Shown one piece after another: positions 11,642 through 18,866 of a DNA stretch of 64,000 bases. Where the stretch lies: assembly GCA_963796955.1 (NCBI GenBank), contig CAWCNJ010000004.1, forward strand, positions 160,001-224,000, given 5' to 3'. Numbering within the stretch: position 1 is the stretch's first letter; every line of letters starts with the position of its first letter. The stretch is from Endomicrobiales bacterium (GTDB lineage: Bacteria > Elusimicrobiota > Endomicrobiia > Endomicrobiales > JALOBY01). The notes below the pieces were generated by a model, which was not told where the DNA came from, made no database searches, and worked only from the letters and a program-made list of their open reading frames with translations. A program made the position numbers and the translations under genes.

Positions 11642-14152
11642 ATGGGAGCGATGCGGCGCTTTATCGTTTTGACGATAGTTGCAATGGTGTCTTACTTGGC
11701 GTGCCTTGGTGCCGCAGATGTCCCTCAAATGATGAACTTTCAAGGACAATTCTCTAGCGGGTCTATTACTCTAGATTTTTATATCTCTTCCGGCGCAACA
11801 ACCGGAATGCGGCTGCCAACAAGCAGCCCTTGGCACGAAACATTGTCTACATCAACTGCCGATGGTTATATCAGCTACCTGTTGGGCAGTCAAAGCGCGA
11901 TTCCTAAATCAATTTTCACAGATAGTTCGACGATACGATACCTTGAAATTGTAGAAAATAGCTCATCCCAATTTATGCAACTTGTCTCTGTCCCTTTTGC
12001 ATACAGGGCATCATTCTCCGACAACGCGATGTATGCTGAAAGTTTAGCAGGCGGCGCTACTATTTCAGGTGACTTAAATGTTTCTGGTTTAGTATCGATG
12101 AGTAGTGTAACAATCAATAGTGCGATTTTACGATCCGGAAGCACGGCATACGGCACAAATGCCAACACGCATATATGTCTTGGGGCCAACAGCATTACTG
12201 GAGATGTTAACAATTTCTCGTACTGTACGATCAGTGGGGGTTATGGTAACTATGCAAAAGGTGCGTATTCTTTCATTGGCGGTGGGCTAAATAACAGTGC
12301 TGGTTGTTATGGTTGGAGTGGTATAAACACTGTTATCGGTGGTGGTAGCTCGAATGTAGCAAAAGACGAATACTCGGCTATCTTAGGAGGCTGGAATAAT
12401 TCAAATGAAGGATATTGTTCGGCGATTGGTGGGGGACGAAACAACACTATAACCTATTCATCCCCGGAAAATGGCTATTACTCAACCATTCCAGGTGGCC
12501 GCGATAATGGGATAACTGGTAGTTACTGTTTTGCGGCTGGAAGGCGTGCCAAGGCTCAATCGGAAGGAGTATTCGCTTTATCAGATTCTCAAGATGCTGA
12601 TTTTGTTGTAAATTCAGACAATGTCTTTGGTTCACGCTTTAGTGGTGGCTATTGGTTTACTGGTGGGAATGTAGGTGTAGGAACAACCTCGCCTCAGTAT
12701 AAACTTCAAGTTAACGGACAATTTAGTTCAGGTAATTATTCGATATTTACATCCAGTTCGCTGGTTGGGGTAAAAGAAATTATCTTTCAGGATGGAACAA
12801 CACAAAACACTGCAAATATCCAATGGTCAGCAACTGGTAACGATATTTATCGGTCGGTAGGCAATGTTGGTATTGGTGTTCCCAATCCATCTGCGAAGTT
12901 AACCTTTGATGGTGGTTTATTGAGGTATGGAAGTTCTATGTTAGGCTCTGCGGCCAATACACATATTTGTCTTGGAATGGAAAGCACAACTGGCAGAACT
13001 ACTGGGTATAATGGGCAATACTGTACAATTACTGGTGGTTATTGTAACCAAGCAACTTCTGATTTTGCCGTTGTGGATGGTGGGCATCAAAATATAGCAT
13101 CAGGATATTCATCAAGAGTCCTTGGGGGTGAATATAATACGGCGGCTGGCGATCATTCATGCGCAATAGGAACGAAGGCTCAGGCGAACGCGCTCGGTTC
13201 CTTTGCATTAACAGATTCACAGTGGTCCTATTTTACCGTTAATTCAACTGATACATTCGGAGCAAGATTTCAGGGAGGTTATTGGTTGACCGGTGGTAAT
13301 GTTGGCATTGGGATTACCCCTAGCTCATCAACTTTAACGGTGAACGGTACAATTCTTGCAATTTCAAGTATTACCGCTGGCGCATTCGTTGGTAATGGCG
13401 CAGGGCTGACAAATCTTCCGGTTCCTGGGAATATGGTTACTGTTGATTCAATACAAACGATAACCGCGCAAAAGATATTTCAGAATTCCGTCGGGATTGG
13501 AACCGCTTCCCCAAGAACTACATTGGATGTTAATGGCGGCATAACCGCCGTCTCCAGCATCACCGCCTCCGGCGGATTCTACGGCAAAGCCTCAGGCTTG
13601 ACCGATCTACCTGTTTCTACAAATGTAGTAACAACTGACACCACTCAGAACATTTCAGGAAACAAGACCTTTACTGGAATAACTTTCGGTGTCGTGCCAA
13701 CAGGAACAGTTTTGCCTTATATAGTAAGCATATCGACGATGCCTGCGGGTTTCCTCTATTGCAACGGTCAGGTGGTTTCACGTTCGACCTACGCTACACT
13801 CTTTGCGCTTATCGGCACTGCTTTTGGTTCCGGTAACGGCAGTACTACATTTAATTTGCCTGATATGCGGGGAATGTTTCTCCGCGGAGTGGATGACGGA
13901 CGAGGATATGATTCTGAAGCTAACCGTGTAATAGGTTCTACGGAAACTGATACACTTCAAGGACATAAGCACTCAGTCCAAGCTCAAGTGGTGTCAGTAA
14001 GCAATGTTTATTTGCCCTTCACTCCTACTGCATGTCCTTTAGGAGATGGCAATACAGGTGTCCCTATATCCGATGGTATGAATGGGACCCCTCGTACATC
14101 TAAGGAAACTCGTCCACAGAACATAGCTATTGCTTATATCATCAAATACTAA
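11642..14152 (+). CDS. Secreted tail-fibre-like protein with Gly-rich GGxxN repeats and C-terminal phage tail-collar domain
   Basis: Signal peptide plus VPQMMNFQG, SVPFAYRA, repeated GNVGIGT, tail-collar motif GFLYCNGQVVSRSTYATLFALIG…FNLPDMRGMFLRG, ends ETRPQNIAIAYIIKY. Confidence 0.8.
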   Translation: MGAMRRFIVLTIVAMVSYLACLGAADVPQMMNFQGQFSSGSITLDFYISSGATTGMRLPTSSPWHETLSTSTADGYISYLLGSQSAIPKSIFTDSSTIRYLEIVENSSSQFMQLVSVPFAYRASFSDNAMYAESLAGGATISGDLNVSGLVSMSSVTINSAILRSGSTAYGTNANTHICLGANSITGDVNNFSYCTISGGYGNYAKGAYSFIGGGLNNSAGCYGWSGINTVIGGGSSNVAKDEYSAILGGWNNSNEGYCSAIGGGRNNTITYSSPENGYYSTIPGGRDNGITGSYCFAAGRRAKAQSEGVFALSDSQDADFVVNSDNVFGSRFSGGYWFTGGNVGVGTTSPQYKLQVNGQFSSGNYSIFTSSSLVGVKEIIFQDGTTQNTANIQWSATGNDIYRSVGNVGIGVPNPSAKLTFDGGLLRYGSSMLGSAANTHICLGMESTTGRTTGYNGQYCTITGGYCNQATSDFAVVDGGHQNIASGYSSRVLGGEYNTAAGDHSCAIGTKAQANALGSFALTDSQWSYFTVNSTDTFGARFQGGYWLTGGNVGIGITPSSSTLTVNGTILAISSITAGAFVGNGAGLTNLPVPGNMVTVDSIQTITAQKIFQNSVGIGTASPRTTLDVNGGITAVSSITASGGFYGKASGLTDLPVSTNVVTTDTTQNISGNKTFTGITFGVVPTGTVLPYIVSISTMPAGFLYCNGQVVSRSTYATLFALIGTAFGSGNGSTTFNLPDMRGMFLRGVDDGRGYDSEANRVIGSTETDTLQGHKHSVQAQVVSVSNVYLPFTPTACPLGDGNTGVPISDGMNGTPRTSKETRPQNIAIAYIIKY

Positions 14153-14176
14153 AGAAACGATTTCAAACTGAAGAAC

Positions 14177-14204
14177 TTGAAAAAAAAATGAATTCTGCTA
14201 TGAT
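14177..14204 (+). promoter_or_regulatory. Putative sigma70-type promoter for the riboswitch leader
   Basis: TTGAAA-16 nt-TATGAT with extended TGn before the -10, ~100 nt upstream of riboswitch 1. Confidence 0.4.
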
Positions 14205-14300
14205 TTAGTGAGTGAATTTGTTTTCATGGCAGAGCCAAAATAGCCATTGACGAAATCAGGGTTTTCTGCAATAGTATTAGTGAGGGAGTCCAGATTGATC

Positions 14301-14397
14301 CTTCGCATTGACGATAAAGGCAAACCAGATGAAAGTCTGGGGCGCAAAACCACGGGGCTTAAGATAGGGGCTATCTACGCCAGCCGGGTTACCGAAG
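14301..14397 (+). promoter_or_regulatory. c-di-GMP-I (GEMM) riboswitch aptamer 1
   Basis: AAAGGCAAAC-CAGAT-GAAA-GTCTG-GGGCGCAAAACC…CAGCCGGGTTACCGAA; P1 cttcg/cgaag; GAAA tetraloop on P2. Confidence 0.88.
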
Positions 14398-14460
14398 CAG
14401 ATGTTGTTCTGTAGCTGTTTTTCATTTTGGTGTCTCAGGTCGCATAAAGACCCCTATCTC

Positions 14461-14508
14461 AGGCTACTGTGGCTCAGATGTGATGAGCGATGGTAGTCTT
14501 TGTTTTTT
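14461..14508 (+). terminator. Intrinsic terminator, expression platform of riboswitch 1
   Basis: aggctactgt…atggtagtct stem followed by ttgtttttt. Confidence 0.65.
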
Positions 14509-14527
14509 GGTGGAACATGAAGCAATT

Positions 14528-14706
14528 GCTCTTTCAAACGAAGTTCCGACAAAGGCAAACCCGGTGAAAGCCGGGGACGCAAAGCCGCCTCGCATGATGC
14601 GAGGGTTCTACCCGAAAGGCGGGTGGAATACGGGTCTAAAACGACAGTCCGAAGTCCGAAGTCCGGAGTCCGGAGCATCGTTAAGACGGCCGGGTTACCG
14701 AAGAGC
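14528..14706 (+). promoter_or_regulatory. c-di-GMP-I (GEMM) riboswitch aptamer 2, expanded by insertions
   Basis: AAAGGCAAACCCGGTGAAAGCCGGGGACGCAAAGCC…ACGGGTCTAAA…GACGGCCGGGTTACCGAA; flanking gctcttt/gaagagc pairing. Confidence 0.8.
14646..14673 (+). repeat. Heptamer tandem repeat (AGTCCGR)x4 in the P3 loop of riboswitch 2
   Basis: agtccga agtccga agtccgg agtccgg. Confidence 0.9.
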
Positions 14707-14818
14707 TGAGAATCGTTTCCCCCGAAGAATAGGGGAGCCCAGACGATTTTTAGAAACAGTTAAGAGCACGCATAGCTTATATAATAAGCTACTCGCGCGC
14801 GAATTAACGAACTTAGGT

Positions 14819-14862
14819 AACCGGACTGCCAGACCCACACATGGCTGTTCGGTTTTTTGTTT
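14819..14862 (+). terminator. Intrinsic terminator, expression platform of riboswitch 2, just upstream of the first ORF
   Basis: aaccggactgcca…tggctgttcggtt stem followed by ttttgttt. Confidence 0.7.
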
Positions 14863-14879
14863 GAAAGGCGGAGAAGAAA

Positions 14880-15275
14880 ATGAAAACACGGTTCGCGATG
14901 AAAATGATGCTGTTGACGATCGGCCTGCTGCTGAACAGCTGGGGCGCCCCCCGTTTCACGGCCCAGCTCACGCAGCCGCTTGTTGTCAGCGTCACCAATT
15001 ACCCGAACCCGTTCGACAGCCGCTGCGAGAGGACCACCATCCTGCTCTCGCTGGCGCAGGAATCGCAGGTAAGCATTTCCATCTACGATCTGCTGGGTAA
15101 CATGGTGCGGCAGTTCCCTTCGATGAGCGAGGATGCCGGCACCACCAGCATTGTCTGGGATGGGACGAACGATGACAAGGAGAAAGTGGCAAAAGGCGGA
15201 TATCTGGTGCTGGTCGTGGCCAATAGTGAGGCCGGTACATCCCAGGTAATACGAAAGGTCGGCGTTTTGCATTAG
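14880..15275 (+). CDS. Signal peptide plus stand-alone FlgD-Ig/T9SS type A-like sorting domain
   Basis: NYPNPF…IYDLLG…WDGTND…VAKGGY…RKVGVLH; GGAG RBS. Confidence 0.8.
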   Translation: MKTRFAMKMMLLTIGLLLNSWGAPRFTAQLTQPLVVSVTNYPNPFDSRCERTTILLSLAQESQVSISIYDLLGNMVRQFPSMSEDAGTTSIVWDGTNDDKEKVAKGGYLVLVVANSEAGTSQVIRKVGVLH

Positions 15276-15285
15276 TGACAAAAAA

Positions 15286-16923
15286 ATGAAAAAGAAACTG
15301 GCAACCACCAATCTCATAGCGATCTTCAAGTCTCTGGCCTGCTGCGCCAAAGCGCTTGTGGTGGTTTGCGTTGTTCTCTTCGGACTTCTGATTTCGGACT
15401 CTGGACTGGTGTATGCCGACAACACCGGCGGCCAGGCTGGCCAGTTCCTTGCCTGGGGCGCCGGAGCCCGTTCTCTGGGGATGGGCGCGGCCTTCTTCGC
15501 TGTAGCTAATGACGCATCGGCAACATACTGGAACCCCGCCGGGCTGCCGCAGCTGGACCGCAAGGAGCTTATGGCGCTGCACGTAACGTTGTTCGCCGAT
15601 ACGACCTACGATTTTATTTCTTACGTACATCCGACGCCGAACCTGGGCGTTTTCGGTATAAACCTGACCCGTTTATATTCCACGGGATTTGAAAAAGTTA
15701 ACATCACGTTTGATTCCACAAAGACCGACATCGTCGACATTCAAAGCATGGGAACATTTGATGATTCCCAGACCGCCCTTACCCTGGCGTACGGCAAGAA
15801 TATCCGCGACGGCATTGCGATCGGCGGTTCGTTCAAGTATATAACCCACACGCTGGATACCTCAACGAACGGATTCGCTACCTTCGACGTAACATCGCTG
15901 GTGACCGGCGTAACTTCGGCGCTGCCGGACATGAAGATGGCCTTCGGCATAAACAACATCATGAGCAGCGCTTTCGGCGACACGGAAGACAAACTGCCGA
16001 TGATACTTCGCGCAGGCATTTCGCAGCCGTTCCTGAAGAACAAGCTGCTGCTTGCGGCCGATATGAACAAAGGCATGAGCTCGGACATGGAGTGGCACCT
16101 GGGCACCGAATACTGGCTGCTGAATTTCGCAGCATTGCGCGTGGGCTTTAAAGGCCAGCAGGGCATCAGCGAAACAACGGCCGGATTCGGTCTGAGATAC
16201 CGCGATTACGGATTTGACTATTCTTTCGGGCTGACGGATCTGGGTATGTCGCAGCGGGTGAGCGGTTCCTGGCGCTTCGGCCTCTCCGTGAACCAGAACA
16301 AGGAAGCCCTGGTTCGCCGCTACATTCAGGAAGGCATGGAAGCATACACCAAGGGTAATTTCCTTCTTGCGCTGAATCGCATGGAAGCGGCTCTTGACAT
16401 AGACCCGTCCAACAAGGACGTCCAGAAAATGTCTAAACGTCTGCAGATGGTCATAGGCTTTATACCGTCCGCCAAAGCTGAGAACGAGGAAGAGACGGCT
16501 ATCCGCAAGGGTGTGGCCGCCTTCACCGAGAACGATGACAAGGGCGCCATAAACGCCTTGCGCTACGCCTATTACAAGAACCCCGCGAACCTGAAAGTGC
16601 TGCACCTGTTGAACGCTATGGAAAAAGAAATGGGTATCAGTATCACACCGGTATATAAGGAAGAGGCGGCCGGCTTTACCATGCTGGATCAGAAAATTTA
16701 TGATGCGCGCCAGGCTATTATTGAAGGTAAATATGATCAGGCGCTGATCAAGTGCCAGGATATAATGAACCTGGAGCCGGAAAACGTGACCGCACTTGAA
16801 ATGATGGGTTCTGCCTTCTTCATGATGGACCAGCCGGAAAAGGCGAAGCAGGTATGGATGAAAGTGCTTGAGATAGATCCGTCGAACAAGGTGGTACCTG
16901 AGTTCCTTAATCAGTTGAAGTAA
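15286..16923 (+). CDS. PorV/PorQ-family beta-barrel fused to C-terminal TPR domains
   Basis: GAGARSLGMG…ATYWNPAGL, DYSFGLTDLGMSQRVSGSWRF, then TPRs (ALDIDPSN, LEPENVTA, LEIDPSN). Confidence 0.82.
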   Translation: MKKKLATTNLIAIFKSLACCAKALVVVCVVLFGLLISDSGLVYADNTGGQAGQFLAWGAGARSLGMGAAFFAVANDASATYWNPAGLPQLDRKELMALHVTLFADTTYDFISYVHPTPNLGVFGINLTRLYSTGFEKVNITFDSTKTDIVDIQSMGTFDDSQTALTLAYGKNIRDGIAIGGSFKYITHTLDTSTNGFATFDVTSLVTGVTSALPDMKMAFGINNIMSSAFGDTEDKLPMILRAGISQPFLKNKLLLAADMNKGMSSDMEWHLGTEYWLLNFAALRVGFKGQQGISETTAGFGLRYRDYGFDYSFGLTDLGMSQRVSGSWRFGLSVNQNKEALVRRYIQEGMEAYTKGNFLLALNRMEAALDIDPSNKDVQKMSKRLQMVIGFIPSAKAENEEETAIRKGVAAFTENDDKGAINALRYAYYKNPANLKVLHLLNAMEKEMGISITPVYKEEAAGFTMLDQKIYDARQAIIEGKYDQALIKCQDIMNLEPENVTALEMMGSAFFMMDQPEKAKQVWMKVLEIDPSNKVVPEFLNQLK

Positions 16924-17073
16924 AATATAAGAGTATCTAAAAGGATCTGGTTTAAAAAGATGCAACAGCTTACAAAAGTTTTTAAACAAAACACGCTGAA
17001 AAGCCCGACACTCTGTGAAAAAACAGGGAGCCGGCTTTTCATTGCCTTATACCATATTCAACAGGAGCTCATT

Positions 17074-18843
17074 ATGAAATTGGTCGCGCGGGCGCTGTTC
17101 TTCTGTCTGCTGGTGCTGATGCCGGCCTTTGCCGCATCCACCGACAACAGCGGCGGGGGTAAGACCGCCGAGATTTCATTGCTTGAACAGGAATCAAAAT
17201 TTGAGAAAGACAAGTCGGACTATCTTCAGCAGAACGTGGTAGACAAGATACTGGGGCCCGGCAACGCCGTGGTGATCGTTGACGTGGAGCTGGGCATAGA
17301 GACCAAAGTTACGAACCAGGGCGCGAAAGAGAAAAAAACCGAGCGCAAGAAGCGCCTCGGTGAAGTGGAATATCTGCTGCCCGGCGTGCCGAACCCGAAG
17401 TCTGTCGCGAACGAATCCCAGCCGGGCGAATCGAAAGAAGAGACGGGAGCCGCGGAAGAAACGAAAACAGAATCAAAAACGGTCATAAAGAAGCTGCAGG
17501 TAACGGTGCTTTACGATGAAAAAATAGTCCAGGAGAAACTGGATACCGTTAAAGAAGCTATTATAAATTTCCTTAAGCTGGACCCGAAGCGCGGCGACAA
17601 GATAGAGTTCAAGAAAACAAAATTCACCAGCGGATTCTTCGAAGAAATGATGAAGCCGCTGATACTGATTCCTCTTATCATAGCGCTGCTGGTATTGTTC
17701 TTTCTGTTCGGGCCGTTGGCCAGTTTTTTCCGCAATTATGTGCGTACGCTTGCTGAACACGGCGGAACAGAAGTTACCGTCGACTCAAAATTTGAAGGTG
17801 ATAAGGGCGATGAGGAAGGAGCCGGTGGCGCAGGCGGCGGTGGCGTGGGAGAAGGCATTCTCGGCGAAGGCGACGGTAAGAAATATATACCTTTTGAATA
17901 TATAAACGATGACAATCTGAAAAGGCTTGTCTATCTGGTAAAGCGCGAGCCGCCTGAAACGATATCGCTGGTGGTCAGCTACCTGAAGCCCGAGTACGTT
18001 AAGGAACTGCTGAACGCCCTGACACCGGAACTGCAGGCGAAGGTGGCCACCGAAATGGCGACGATCCGCTCGCTGGACATGGATGATGTTCAGAAAGTGG
18101 ATAACTACATAAAGGAAAAGATAGAGTTCCTTATCGGCGGATTGTATCACCTGCTTAACGTGCTTGATAAAGTAGACCCGATCACGCAGTCCAATATATT
18201 CGAATACCTTAAGAATGAAAAACCGGACCTGTATGAAATGGTGCGGAAATTCGTGCTGATGTTCGACGATATACCCAATTTCCCGGACCAGGCGATGCAG
18301 GTGATAATCCGCGAGCTTAAGACCCAGGATATGGCGAAAGCACTGCGCAACGCCGAGCCCGAGATCATGAACAAATTCCTTGCCAATATGTCGACGAACG
18401 CTTCCGCCATTTTAAAAGAAGAAATGGAGTACGGCAGGCCCCTTACCGATGCCGAGGTTGAGGAAGGCCGCAAACAGCTGATGGATGTGGTAAAGAAGCT
18501 GGAGGCGGAGAACAAAATATTCCTGCGCGAAAAGCCGAAGTCCGGCGTGCTGGAAGGCCTGGAGGCCGGTAGCAACGATAACACCAGCTACAACGAATAT
18601 TATCAGGCAGGCGTGGGTTCTTATGAAGCGGGGGAGTACGACGCGGCCTTGCCTTACCTTGAATACTGCACACAGCTGGATCCTACACAGCCGGCGGGCT
18701 TTCAATATCTGGGCGCTGCATATTACGCGCTTGGGCGTACCGCCGAAGCGGTAGCAGCGTACGAAAAAGTGGTTGAGCTGGACCCGACCAACGAAGAACT
18801 AAAAAACTGGCTTGCTTCGCAGAGCGCCAATAAACTCGCATAA
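17074..18843 (+). CDS. FliF-C-like ring domain - TM - FliG middle and C-terminal domains - TPR fusion protein
   Basis: AGGAG RBS before ATG 17074. FliF-like VDKILGPGNAVVIVDVEL…IKKLQVTVL…LDPKRGDKI; TM helix; FliG-M PFEYI…EPPETISLVVSYL; FliG-C MFDDI…FLANMS…ILKEEM…VEEGRKQL; terminal TPRs. Confidence 0.8.
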   Translation: MKLVARALFFCLLVLMPAFAASTDNSGGGKTAEISLLEQESKFEKDKSDYLQQNVVDKILGPGNAVVIVDVELGIETKVTNQGAKEKKTERKKRLGEVEYLLPGVPNPKSVANESQPGESKEETGAAEETKTESKTVIKKLQVTVLYDEKIVQEKLDTVKEAIINFLKLDPKRGDKIEFKKTKFTSGFFEEMMKPLILIPLIIALLVLFFLFGPLASFFRNYVRTLAEHGGTEVTVDSKFEGDKGDEEGAGGAGGGGVGEGILGEGDGKKYIPFEYINDDNLKRLVYLVKREPPETISLVVSYLKPEYVKELLNALTPELQAKVATEMATIRSLDMDDVQKVDNYIKEKIEFLIGGLYHLLNVLDKVDPITQSNIFEYLKNEKPDLYEMVRKFVLMFDDIPNFPDQAMQVIIRELKTQDMAKALRNAEPEIMNKFLANMSTNASAILKEEMEYGRPLTDAEVEEGRKQLMDVVKKLEAENKIFLREKPKSGVLEGLEAGSNDNTSYNEYYQAGVGSYEAGEYDAALPYLEYCTQLDPTQPAGFQYLGAAYYALGRTAEAVAAYEKVVELDPTNEELKNWLASQSANKLA

Positions 18844-18866
18844 AAGTTACTTTGGGAGACCAAAAA

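Noticed and set aside
11642..14152. Prophage
   Set aside because: No integrase, terminase, capsid or other phage genes, and the protein has a signal peptide
14301..14706. c-AMP-GMP (GEMM-Ib) specificity
   Set aside because: Both aptamers have G, not A, at the G20-equivalent position
14480..15100. 206-aa ORF spanning the leader
   Set aside because: It overlaps riboswitch 2, its terminator and the better-supported 14880 gene in another frame, and has no recognisable motifs
17074..18843. Ordinary flagellar operon with fliF or fliG gene symbols
   Set aside because: Single fused ORF lacking FliG-N, with no neighbouring fliE/H/I or other flagellar genes
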